Position numbers and translations under genes: made by a program
Notes under the pieces: generated by a model
Seen by the model: the letters and a program-made list of their open reading frames with translations, nothing else
The model's database searches: none
Told to the model about the DNA's origin: nothing
Shown: one piece after another, positions 49,791-59,137 of the stretch
Layout: each line of letters starts with the position of its first letter
Numbering within the stretch: the stretch's first letter is position 1
Source of the DNA: a virus
Virus record (IMG/VR): IMGVR_UViG_3300044710_000107
Location: 24,246 to 88,245 of that record
DNA: 64,000 bases
Direction: 5' to 3' (one strand)

Positions 49791-50831
49791 TCAGTTCAAG
49801 AGGGGTGGCGGCCAGACGGCCGGCATCGGGACGACAGTAAGGTAGTCGCGCGGCCTGCCGTCGGAAGCCGGCGTGCGGGGCGCGTCGCAGGTGAGCGTGG
49901 GCGCAGCGTGGCGTTCGAGGTAGGCAATGGCGGCGCGGAGGCGGTCGGGGTCGTCATCGGCGCGACCGAGCAGCCCGTTGCACTTGCCGCATAGCAGCGC
50001 GCGCACCGCGCCGGTTTTATGGTCATGGTCGACGGCGAGGCGGCTGATCTTTTTCGTGCGATGGTCGACGCGGGTCTCGGGATTACGGCAGATCGCGCAG
50101 CAGCCGCCCTGAGCGTGGAACATCTCGGCGTACTGTTCGAACGTGATCCCGTAGCGCTTCCGAAGCTCGCCTTCGATCAGCTTATCCTTGTTGGCGGCAT
50201 TCCAGTCGCGCATGTACGCCGCACGGGCAGCCTTCTCGTCGTCGCTTCGGCCGCTGGTCTTCGGCTCGCGCCAGTACCAGTTCCCCGGCCCGAGCGGCAG
50301 CGAATCGTCGCGACGGGTCAGCAGATGCGCTGGCGATGGCCGGCTGTCTCCAACGTCCGCGACGAAAGCCCAGAGGTCCCGCCAGCGTGCGTCGGTCCTT
50401 TGGCTATGCGTGCGCATCAGCATATTCCACACACCGTAGAGAGGGTGCTTCTCGCGCGCTCCCCAATCTGCCGGACGGGTTTCGAGGACATGCTCATGCC
50501 GCTGCCAGCGCTTCAGGTGCTTCGCGCACATGCCGCGCGCAGCAACCATATTGAGGCATCCGCCGACCGAGCATGTGGCGATGGCGGCTTGCCGAGGCGC
50601 TGGGTCGGCCGTCGTGCCCGTGCGGGCCTGCCGATAGTAATGCTTTCGGCAGAGGCCCTTGGCGACCGCGCGCTCCCCGCAGCCGTCGACCGAGCAGGGG
50701 CCGCCACGCTGTGGGAGGTCTGTCGTTCCGTGGCGCCGGAAGCGCGCGTAGTGCGCGCGGCAGAGACCGCGCGACTTCACCGGCTTCGTGCAATTTGCCA
50801 CCGAGCAACACCGTTCGGCTATCCTCTCCAT
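49791..50831 (-). mobile_element. endonuclease VII-domain homing endonuclease with three CxxxxC..C..H repeats
   Basis: YGIT..Y..M...QGG.CAIC, LAVDHDH.TG.VR.LLC..CN..LG. Confidence 0.9.
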
Positions 50832-50895
50832 GTCCAACTCCTGCTTAGCGTTCTGTATCTTTCACTACCACAGACGCCAGCAGAAGCAAGCTGTT

Positions 50896-51900
50896 TCAGC
50901 AGAAAATCCCAGCAAATAGGTGGCCTACGTGGGTGAACGCATCGGCCACATGCGCCGCCACGCTGGCGCCGATGGACAGAGCCAGGGCCATGCCTGGAGT
51001 TCCAAACACACCTCGTGGGTCGGTCCAACTTGGCCAGTAACGCTCGGTCGCCTTGAACCGCATGGTGTCGGTCTCGAAGTCGCCCTCCATCGAGCGCTTC
51101 AGGCCGCGGCGCATCATCAACTTCAGCCCTTCCGGCGCATCGGTATTGACCCACCAGGCGGTGTTGCTGGTCAGACGGCTCATGTTGTACTGGCCCTCGG
51201 ACAGCAACTTCATCGTGATGATGGGGTTCACGTCGTTGTTCGCCGTGCCGGTCCGCAGCGCCGACTTCAGGATCGTCTCGGCCTGGAACACGTTCGCCGG
51301 CGCGCAGGTGATCGCCCGCGGCATCAGGCGGATCTTCTTGCCGTTGTTGTCGACCGCTTGGCGGACCTGCACCAGCATCTGCTCCAGCGAGGTCTGCGAC
51401 AGCGCGGCCGCGGTGCTCAGCAGGTTGGAGAACGTGCCGTTCACGATCGGATGCGACGCCGAGTTGAGCTGCACCTTGTCGCCGCCCGGGTAGGAGGCGT
51501 TGAAGGCGAAGTTCAGCACGTTGGCGCAAAGCGTTTCCTTGGTCTCGATCAAGGACTGCCCGAGGTGCTTGGCATAGATCTGGCCGATCCGGATGTGGTC
51601 ACCGTCCTCGACCAGCACCTGGGTGAGCGCGAAGGCGAGGCCCCAGACCCGGTACTGGTAGCGCTGCATGAACAGGACGCCGCCGGCCTGGTATTCGACC
51701 GGCTCGCCGTCGGGCAACTCGGGCGCGGCGCCGAAGCCGTACAAGACCGGCTCTTCATGGTAGTTGCGCGGGATACCCTGCTGCTCGCGGAATGGGCCGC
51801 GCCACTCGTCCACACGCTGTTCGTAGACGCCGTCGAATTCCTCGTTGAGGATTGGCTCAACAATCGCGCGGAAATCGGTACTTCTCATAGGAATGGCCAC
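50896..51900 (-). CDS. major capsid protein
   Basis: FGAAP...G.PV.Y, LAF..T...EDG, L.S.SHP, LSQTSLEQ, DFETD..RFKA.ERY..WTDPRG.FG.PG. Confidence 0.9.
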   Translation of the reverse strand: MAIPMRSTDFRAIVEPILNEEFDGVYEQRVDEWRGPFREQQGIPRNYHEEPVLYGFGAAPELPDGEPVEYQAGGVLFMQRYQYRVWGLAFALTQVLVEDGDHIRIGQIYAKHLGQSLIETKETLCANVLNFAFNASYPGGDKVQLNSASHPIVNGTFSNLLSTAAALSQTSLEQMLVQVRQAVDNNGKKIRLMPRAITCAPANVFQAETILKSALRTGTANNDVNPIITMKLLSEGQYNMSRLTSNTAWWVNTDAPEGLKLMMRRGLKRSMEGDFETDTMRFKATERYWPSWTDPRGVFGTPGMALALSIGASVAAHVADAFTHVGHLFAGIFC

Positions 51901-52045
51901 CTATGTATCTCCTCTACCTTGCTGTTTCTGCCGATTTCTGGGCGATAGCAGCGTTGCGGACAGGAAAGTTTGCGGAATATCCGTTCTTGATATTCCGGGA
52001 ATTAAGGCGTATGTCATCAATCATAGAACCAGAGGAGTTAGACTG

Positions 52046-53149
52046 ATGACCACCAACCTCTACGCCTTGGTCGAGGCTCGCCCAGGCCATCCGAACTTCG
52101 GACGGCCGTTTTACGTTGGCATCGGAACCGACAAGCGGCCTTACCGTCACATGCGAGAGGCTCGCTCGCGGAAGGGGCATCGCAACTGGCGACTTCAGGA
52201 GGTCCTGGCCAGCCATCAGGCGCTTCGGATTGCGCCCGGCGTTGAAATCTTCGGCGTCTTCGAGACTAAGGATGCCGCCGGAGAGGCCGAGAAAGAGGCG
52301 ATCGCGCGATATGGCCGCATCGGCATTGAGGACGGCGGCATTCTCTGCAACCTTGCAGTCGGCGGACAGGGACCAGATGCCGCGCTGATGCAGATGCCGG
52401 AAATCCGAAAGCGGAACTCCGAAGCACAGAAGCGGCGCAGCCCTGAATCGCGAGCGCCTTCCATTGCGGCCCTCGCAGCCAGTCGGGACGATCCTGAGGT
52501 CGAGGCGCGACGCCGCGCCAACAGTCGGGAACCGCAGCGCTTGTCCTGGGCTGATCCAGACATCCGCGCGCGCCGCACCGACGCGATGATCGGAAAGGAG
52601 AAAACGATGACGCCAGAGGCCATCGCCGCTCGCCAAGCGAACGCTGCACTGGCCCAGGCGCCGGAGGCGAAGGCCAGCCACGCCCAAGGAATGCTTGGCG
52701 TATGGCAGAATCCAGAGCACCGAACCAAGCAAAGCGCGAGCAAAGCCGCCGCCTGGCAGGACCCTGAGAAGCGCGCAAACATGCTGGCTGGCCGCGGCGA
52801 GGGCATCGCGAAGTCGTGGCAAGACCCCGAGGTCCGCGCGCGTCGCATCGCTGGCATCAAGGCCGCCGCAGGCGCGCCAGCCGAGCCGAAGCCGACTGCC
52901 GATCCCACCGTCACTGCCGCGTCCCGCAGCGCTGCGATGACCGCGATGAACGCTGCCAAGACCACCGAGGAACGGAGTGCCGCACAGGCGCGCACGTGGG
53001 ACGACCCCACCGTCCGCGAGCGCCGCGCTGCCGGCATCAAGGCTGCTGCCCAGGACCCTGCGCTCAAGGCGGCGCGGCTCGCGGCGATGCTCGCCGGCAA
53101 ACGCCGGAAAGCCGCCGAGAGAGCCGCAGCCGCTGGCGAGCGCGTATAG
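52046..53149 (+). mobile_element. GIY-YIG homing endonuclease with W.DPE.R.RR repeats (antisense)
   Basis: LYALV...PFYVG.G...R...H, E...I..YGR, G.L.NL..GG.G; GAGGAG RBS. Confidence 0.85.
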
Positions 53150-53151
53150 CA

Positions 53152-53745
53152 TCAGGCGATCGAGACCTGCGGCGCGCCGCCGACCTGGGCGCGGGAGACG
53201 CCGACGATCATGTTCGTGAAGGCGTCACCGCCGCCGAGCTGGTCGTTGACGCCGACGCCAAACTCTTCGAGGAAGAACTGCCCCTGCTGGCCGCTGCCGG
53301 CGCCGCCATGCAGCAGGCCGCACGCGCTGAGGCCGGTCGCGGTGCTGCCTGCGGTCGGGTTGGCGACGTTGAACTCGGCGCCCATCAGCGCCTGCGCGAC
53401 CGAGCCGTCCGCCTGGACCAGGAAGCGCAGCGTCGGATCGCGCGCAGCCCAGAAATAGACGAACATATTGAATGTGCTGTCGTAGGTCTGGCCGTCGGGC
53501 CAGAACGGTGACACCTGCGGGCGGCCCCCGACCGGCGTGAATTCGACGCCGGCGAAGATACCCCAGATCGGGTCGGTGGTGGCGTCCGCCAGGACGATCA
53601 CGCCGCCCTCGATGGTGATCGGGGCGAATTTGAAGATGTTGCCCGCCTGGCCGGAGGCGATGCCGAACGGCATCCGGATTGCCCGCGGCGTGCCGGAGAG
53701 ACTGTTGATCGGCTGGAAGCCGTAGGGTGCCGAAACGAGGGCCAT
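53152..53745 (-). CDS. capsid accessory (cement/decoration) protein
   Basis: SAPYGFQP; immediately upstream of MCP in operon order. Confidence 0.7.
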   Translation of the reverse strand: MALVSAPYGFQPINSLSGTPRAIRMPFGIASGQAGNIFKFAPITIEGGVIVLADATTDPIWGIFAGVEFTPVGGRPQVSPFWPDGQTYDSTFNMFVYFWAARDPTLRFLVQADGSVAQALMGAEFNVANPTAGSTATGLSACGLLHGGAGSGQQGQFFLEEFGVGVNDQLGGGDAFTNMIVGVSRAQVGGAPQVSIA

Positions 53746-53829
53746 GGTTTTCCGTCTCCACTAAGCGGTTAAGCCTTGTGGGTCGGACCGGCGCGAAATC
53801 CGTCTCGTGTCAGGAGCGGCGAAAGGCTC

Positions 53830-54447
53830 CTACTGGACGAACTCCGGCGGCGGTGCGACCCGTCGCCCCAGTTCGGCCATACCGTCGCCTTCGGTGACTT
53901 TCGATCCCCTCCGGGCCGCGTCATTGCTGACGTTCCGGATCTGCGCCCTGATCTTTTCCTGCTCGGCCAGGGGCATGTTGTGGTGAACCTCACGCATGTA
54001 GCGGTTGTAGAGGCTCAGGGGGATGCGCATTGCCAGCATCTCGTTGACGGCGATCACACCGGCGTACTCGCCGGATGAGATCGTGACGCCCTGCCAACCG
54101 GGGCAGTCCTCGGCACGGATCGGCCTGTAGCCAATCCGAATGCGCCAGGAGATCGAGTCCCGTGCGTTGGTGGTCGTCGCCCAGAAAACGTGGAAGCCGG
54201 GCATCGCCGGAAGGTCCGGTAGAACGGACTGGATCAGTGAATCGCGGAACAACTCGAGGCGCTCGTCCTCGGTCATCTCGCGGTCCTCGGTGAACTCGCG
54301 GTCGTTGCCTTCTCGCTCGGCTGCGATACGCTCGTCCGACACGACATCGCGGGGCTGCCGCGGCGCACGCCCGGGGCCACGACGCGGTGGCTCCCCCGGC
54401 GCTGCACCAAGGCTTTCTTCCCGTCCGTCCACTCGGGCCTCCGTCAT
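53830..54447 (-). CDS. conserved head-region protein
   Basis: LPD.P.MPGFH..W, R.R.GY.P, EMLAM.IP. Confidence 0.7.
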   Translation of the reverse strand: MTEARVDGREESLGAAPGEPPRRGPGRAPRQPRDVVSDERIAAEREGNDREFTEDREMTEDERLELFRDSLIQSVLPDLPAMPGFHVFWATTTNARDSISWRIRIGYRPIRAEDCPGWQGVTISSGEYAGVIAVNEMLAMRIPLSLYNRYMREVHHNMPLAEQEKIRAQIRNVSNDAARRGSKVTEGDGMAELGRRVAPPPEFVQ

Positions 54448-55748
54448 TGCCGAACCGTGCCGTTGGCGCGGTCGAACTCTTGGTACTGCTTCAGCACGCG
54501 GCGAAACCGCGTTTGGTCCTCGACGGTCGTGCCGTCGCGGCCGATGATTCCGGCTTCTTGCAAGGCGAGCTTGCGGGCCGGACTCAGGTATACTTGGTTG
54601 CCGGATGGACCGGCCGGCGGCCGATCACCGCCCCCTGGAACCATCGGGCCGCGGCGCTCGGGTGGGGGCGCCTGGCGGCGCTGGCCGTTCCCGTCGCCGT
54701 TGGCAGCGCGGCGCGGCGGTGGTGCTGATGGCTGCACCTCGCCGGCGCGGTGCGGCAGGTACTGCGTCATCAGCTCATCGAGCCGATCCCAGTACTCGAG
54801 GCCGCTGGGGTCGAAGCCCTCGCTGGCGACCTGGAAGTCGAGCCGCAGCGCAATGTCGCTGTCGATGTCGCGGCCGCGGGTTGAGCCGTCGGGCGCGCGG
54901 ACCGTGGTGATCCAGTCATGCCGGCTGGCGAAATCATCGGCGAGCGCCTGTGCGCGGGCGGACAATGGGCGCGGGGCCTGCGGCTGTGGCTGCTGGCGCG
55001 GCTGCGCGCGTGGATCCGGCTGGCGCGGCGGCTGGTCGGTGCGGCCAAGCGGATCGCCGGTCGCCAGCATGTTCCGCTGCACCGTGAGGCGCTGCGTCTC
55101 CATCACGGCGTTGTCGCGAAGCTCGAGCGCGGCATTCAGCGCGTCGCCGTCCTGCGCGATCATCGCCTCGGAAATGCGCCGGCGCGCATCGGCGCCACGG
55201 GCCTGTGCTTCGGCGATGCCGCGATCGAAGGCCGCAAGCTGATCGGCAACGCGGCTTTGGTCGATCTCACTCAGTCGCGGCCCAATCTGGGCAAGCTGCG
55301 GTTCCCACTGCTCGCGCCAGGCCCGAAGCTCCTCGACCTCCCGGCTGAGACGCTGGTTCTCCTGCAACGTGCGGTCGCGGCCCTCACGGCGCGCGGCGCG
55401 GCGTTCGGCGGCGGTACGCGGCTGGCGCGGGCGCCCGGCGGCATCGGCGGCGGCGTCCTCGGCGGCCTGGCGCTCCACCAATGACCGCGGCCCGGCATCG
55501 ATCTCGCTCAGCCGCGGCTCGGCCGGCTGCTGGTTGCGCGGCAGTGGGTTGAAATTGTCGTCGGTCTCGATGATCTCGAACGGCTGCTCGGGCGGCGTGC
55601 CGCGGGCGTCGCGAAGCTGCGGAGCGGCCGGCGCGTTGCGGGCCGGCGCGATACCGTCTGGAAGGGATACGGGGGCCGGAAGCAGCGGGCCTTCGCCGCC
55701 GTCGTCGGGATCGGTCTCGGTCAGATACTCGGTGTTCTGACCTGACAT
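54444..55748 (-). CDS. scaffolding protein
   Basis: coiled coil, W...H.W, EGFDP...YW..LD, LSP..K.A..EAG C-terminus. Confidence 0.7.
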   Translation of the reverse strand: MSGQNTEYLTETDPDDGGEGPLLPAPVSLPDGIAPARNAPAAPQLRDARGTPPEQPFEIIETDDNFNPLPRNQQPAEPRLSEIDAGPRSLVERQAAEDAAADAAGRPRQPRTAAERRAARREGRDRTLQENQRLSREVEELRAWREQWEPQLAQIGPRLSEIDQSRVADQLAAFDRGIAEAQARGADARRRISEAMIAQDGDALNAALELRDNAVMETQRLTVQRNMLATGDPLGRTDQPPRQPDPRAQPRQQPQPQAPRPLSARAQALADDFASRHDWITTVRAPDGSTRGRDIDSDIALRLDFQVASEGFDPSGLEYWDRLDELMTQYLPHRAGEVQPSAPPPRRAANGDGNGQRRQAPPPERRGPMVPGGGDRPPAGPSGNQVYLSPARKLALQEAGIIGRDGTTVEDQTRFRRVLKQYQEFDRANGTVRQ

Positions 55749-56344
55749 CAGTAGAACGCCTTCGCCATCAGGGCGGCGGTGGCATCCGGGTAGCGGCCCA
55801 GCAGCGCCAGGTCCTTGAACATCGCGAAGCGGACGAAGTCGGTGACGCGCACGTGCCGTACGCCGCCCTCTTCCGGCGCCGGCTGGGTGTCGGTGCGCTG
55901 GTACGCGACCGCCCAGGGATCGCCCTGGTATTTCGGCACCTTGACGAAGTCGCCGACCTTGCACCAGGCGCCCTCGGGCCATGGTTGGTAGGTGTCGCGG
56001 CTGTGGAAGCAGAGCGGCCCGAGCGCGATCACCTTGGCGACCTGCGTATTGTCGTGCTCAGTCTTCCGGGCGTCGCTCATCAGTTCCATACTGCCGGCCC
56101 GCAACTTCGGCTGGCGGATCATCACCAGAACGAGGCTGCCGAGCGGCTCGACGCCTGGATCGACGTCGGGGAAGGCTTCCTCGATCGAGTCGAAGTCGAA
56201 GCTGACGTTGTTGCCATCCGGGACGGCGTTGCTGGCGCGCGGGATGAACAGCTTCGGCTTGCCGGTGCGGTCGACCTCGGCGAAATGCTCCGCTGCCTGC
56301 TCGGAGAAGTCTCGGGCGAGCGGCGCGGTGCGGCCGGACGGCAT
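55748..56344 (-). CDS. phage co-chaperonin GroES-like
   Basis: PLGSLVLV, AKVIALGP, WCKVGDFV..PKY.G. Confidence 0.85.
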   Translation of the reverse strand: MPSGRTAPLARDFSEQAAEHFAEVDRTGKPKLFIPRASNAVPDGNNVSFDFDSIEEAFPDVDPGVEPLGSLVLVMIRQPKLRAGSMELMSDARKTEHDNTQVAKVIALGPLCFHSRDTYQPWPEGAWCKVGDFVKVPKYQGDPWAVAYQRTDTQPAPEEGGVRHVRVTDFVRFAMFKDLALLGRYPDATAALMAKAFY

Positions 56345-56532
56345 CAGAGCTTGTCCCCATCGTCGTCGGTCCGCATGAACTCGCGGTATTTCTGCTTCGC
56401 CTCGGAGAACGCGGCGTGCTTGGCCTTCAGCGCGGTATCCACGTCCGGACGACCGAACGGGTTCTTCAGAAGATTTTCAGCGCACTGTGCCATTGCCTTG
56501 TCGAGCCAGAGTTCGAACGCCGTTCCGCTCAT
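56344..56532 (-). CDS. hypothetical protein
   Basis: coupled to GroES gene. Confidence 0.6.
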   Translation of the reverse strand: MSGTAFELWLDKAMAQCAENLLKNPFGRPDVDTALKAKHAAFSEAKQKYREFMRTDDDGDKL

Positions 56533-56648
56533 GTGGCGACAGCCTTGTGCCCAAATCGGGCGACAATCAACGGCTAGTGGCCGTTTAGTTATGAACCGTG
56601 TAGATATAGATTATTGACGCGCCGTGTGATCGCGTGGCCTAAGCGTGA

Positions 56649-56900
56649 TTGACCGGCAACCACGGGGAGCGCGCGGTGGGCGTCCAGACCAAGGATCTGC
56701 TGAACCGGAAGGAAGCCGCCGAGCACCTGACGGCGCTTGGCTATCCGATTGCGCCAGGCACGCTCGCGAACCTCGCGCTGAAGCGCCGCGGGCCGCCCTA
56801 CACGCGGTTCATGTGGCGGGTGGTGACGTACAAGCGGGCCGATCTGGAGGCGTGGGCACGCAGCGAGAGCGTGGTCGCCGGCGGCCCGCCGGTCAGGTAG
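56649..56900 (+). CDS. excisionase/AlpA-like HTH DNA-binding protein
   Basis: LLNRKEAAEHL...TLAN....GPPY...V.Y...DL.AW; TTGACG upstream. Confidence 0.75.
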   Translation: MTGNHGERAVGVQTKDLLNRKEAAEHLTALGYPIAPGTLANLALKRRGPPYTRFMWRVVTYKRADLEAWARSESVVAGGPPVR

Positions 56901-57254
56901 CGGATACCATTGGGGCCGCCCCGACAATCCGGCAGCGGCCCCTTCTCGCGGTGTGTTTCGGTGTGCGGCTCAGCCGCCTGTCCGAGACAAAATCACAACG
57001 CTGCCGAGAGCGCAAGCCCCATGCCATCGCGCGGGAGAAAAGTGGGAGCGGGCCGTTTGATCTACCCAAGGACGACCTGGGAGAAACCCGCTCCCGTCAG
57101 CCCCGCGGGCGAAACCGCAGCCGAGCGACGTGACATGCAGTTTTCCGCCGCGCACTCACGAATCAGGAGTCGAAAGGCCGACGCGGCGCACCGGGTGGGA
57201 GTCTTGGTCGCCCGGCTCAGCGACCCTGCGCCGATCCGAGCAGGGGCGCAACGG

Positions 57255-57563
57255 TTATTCCGGCTTGATCTCGCTGCCGAGCGGCGCGAATGGCATCTCT
57301 CTCGACGTGGCACCGACCCACGGATAGCCAGCGCCGATCGCCAGTGCCTGCGCGATCAGCCACGCGGCCTGTCGCGCATCGGGCTCCGAGAATGAGGCGG
57401 AGAAGCGGCCATCGACCACCAGCGCGATCTTGTCGCCATCCCTGAACCCGGTCAGGCGCGGGATGATCCTGCCCTCAACCTGCACGCGCCACTCCTCGAA
57501 CGGCCCGATTAGCAACGGCGGTTGCTCTGTGGGCGCCGGGAACGGCGTGACGTTGTCGGTCAT
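57255..57563 (-). CDS. hypothetical protein
   Basis: coupled ORF. Confidence 0.65.
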   Translation of the reverse strand: MTDNVTPFPAPTEQPPLLIGPFEEWRVQVEGRIIPRLTGFRDGDKIALVVDGRFSASFSEPDARQAAWLIAQALAIGAGYPWVGATSREMPFAPLGSEIKPE

Positions 57564-57805
57564 GACGGCTTCCTGCCTTCCTCGAATTCCTCGCGGCGGT
57601 CCATGCTGTGGTGCACGAGGATACCCTCATCATCGGTCGGGCGGCACCAGCAGTCCTCTCGGGCTACATGCTCCCGCAGGTCGGTGATCGGCATGACGTG
57701 CGAGACGCCTGCAGCCTGGACCACGCGCCACTTGTCCCCGAGTTGCAGGTCCTCTGCGGCGACGGGGTGCGGACGCGAACTCTGTCCCATGTGGGGATCG
57801 CTCAT
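57560..57805 (-). CDS. small His/Cys-motif protein
   Basis: HV.P..DLREH....CWC.P....VHHS.D.RE. Confidence 0.65.
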   Translation of the reverse strand: MSDPHMGQSSRPHPVAAEDLQLGDKWRVVQAAGVSHVMPITDLREHVAREDCWCRPTDDEGILVHHSMDRREEFEEGRKPS

Positions 57806-58059
57806 GGCGGGAACGTCAGCGCGAGTTGCTGGTCGGACCGCTCGCGGTCGTAGACCTGGAAGTCGTGCGGGCCGCAAGGGATGGCGATCGGAGCGTCGGG
57901 CGCAGCCTCACGGAGCGCGGCCCGGACCCGGTCGATCCCGTCCCGCGGCGCGACGGCCTCGATGATCGCCCGTAGCCAGTTTGCGGCCTCCACCCACGTC
58001 GAGAAGCGCGCGGACGCCTGCCCGAGCCGGCCTTGGTAGGAGCCGGTCCACGCGGTCAT
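57802..58059 (-). CDS. hypothetical protein
   Basis: coupled ORF. Confidence 0.55.
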   Translation of the reverse strand: MTAWTGSYQGRLGQASARFSTWVEAANWLRAIIEAVAPRDGIDRVRAALREAAPDAPIAIPCGPHDFQVYDRERSDQQLALTFPP

Positions 58060-58295
58060 CGACGCCGCGCCCAATGCTCGGCGGCGCCGGGAAGATGCGG
58101 CATCATGCCGAAGGTCTCATCGTCGTAGGCCCGGCGCTCGGCCGAGGTCATCGCCTCGTACTTCGCTCGCTCGGCCGCGCCCTGCTCGGCGATCTGTTTA
58201 TCGAACGCAGCGCGATGCCGGATAACTTCCTCGGGCGTCCGCTTCAACGCCGAGCGCAAAATGTCCGCGAAGGCGGTGCCGCTGCATACGGCCAT
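58056..58295 (-). CDS. hypothetical protein
   Basis: coupled ORF. Confidence 0.55.
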   Translation of the reverse strand: MAVCSGTAFADILRSALKRTPEEVIRHRAAFDKQIAEQGAAERAKYEAMTSAERRAYDDETFGMMPHLPGAAEHWARRR

Positions 58296-58396
58296 CAGGC
58301 CAACCCTTCAGGCGGGAACCCGGTCGCACACCACCACAGCAGGCCGATCAGCGCCAGAAACACGCCGCCGGCCAGCAGTGCCAGCGTCAGCAGCAT
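58295..58396 (-). CDS. 33-aa membrane peptide
   Basis: TGATG-coupled at both ends; MLLTLALLAGGVFLALIGLLWWCATGFPPEGLA. Confidence 0.55.
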   Translation of the reverse strand: MLLTLALLAGGVFLALIGLLWWCATGFPPEGLA

Positions 58397-58725
58397 CAGG
58401 CCGTCTTCTCGCCCGTACTGGCCGCGAGCCACAGCCGTTCCCGCAAAAGGTACCCCTCCAAGGACCAGATTTTCTCCCTGGCGCGCTCCCAGGCGATCTT
58501 GCGGCAGATCGCCTCATCGAAGTTCGCCGGGCTGGCGGCGGCGCTCTCGCCGATCACCTGGAAGCCGTTGCGCAGGGTCAGGCAGCAGACCGTCAGGGTG
58601 GTACCGGGGAAAACGTGGTACGCCTCGCCGACGATGGTGGCGTCGATCGCCGCCGGGTTCAGGCGCGGGGCGTTCAGGCCCTTTTGCTGGATTTCTTTCT
58701 CGATGGCTGCTTCGTCGGCGCTCAT
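58396..58725 (-). CDS. Gp49-family (Phage_gp49_66-like) protein
   Basis: APR, T.TVC.L.L.NGF.V.GESA..SP.NFD..I..KIA...A..KIW.LEGYLL; GGAGG RBS. Confidence 0.85.
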   Translation of the reverse strand: MSADEAAIEKEIQQKGLNAPRLNPAAIDATIVGEAYHVFPGTTLTVCCLTLRNGFQVIGESAAASPANFDEAICRKIAWERAREKIWSLEGYLLRERLWLAASTGEKTA

Positions 58726-58823
58726 TGGCTCTGCCTCCGCGGGGAAAAACACGCCCGGCAGGATTTCCCGCAGTCTCGTGCCGGACCCATAGATCAGTTC
58801 TGCGGCTTTGGCGACGCCGAGCG

Positions 58824-59030
58824 TCACCAGGTCTTGCGCTGGTCGTTGGCGATCTTGTTCTCGGTGGAGGGCATGCCGACGCCGTTCGGGTTGGTCGCCG
58901 CGGCGTCGAAGTGGCCCAGCTTCACCCGGTGGTGCATCGGCAGCGGGGGTGCGGCTTCCTCGCGGGGTGCGCCGCCCTGTGTTTTCGCGGCGCCCCCGGT
59001 GAAGTGGGAGTCCTGACGGTCTACGGCCAT
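58824..59030 (-). CDS. small hypothetical protein, first gene of leftward late operon
   Basis: GGAGG RBS; LPMHHRVKLG. Confidence 0.6.
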   Translation of the reverse strand: MAVDRQDSHFTGGAAKTQGGAPREEAAPPLPMHHRVKLGHFDAAATNPNGVGMPSTENKIANDQRKTW

Positions 59031-59068
59031 GCTGGCCTCCTGCGGGTTCTCGGTTCAGTTGCGGACGC

Positions 59069-59084
59069 AGCATGGTATCATGCT
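59069..59084. promoter_or_regulatory. palindrome containing overlapping divergent extended -10 elements
   Basis: AGCATG-GTAT-CATGCT; TGGTATCAT (+) and TGATACCAT (-) between divergent operons. Confidence 0.4.
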
Positions 59085-59137
59085 TGCCTGCGCGACCGCC
59101 ATACCCTAATCATTGCGCGCGTGACACAGGGGCGACC

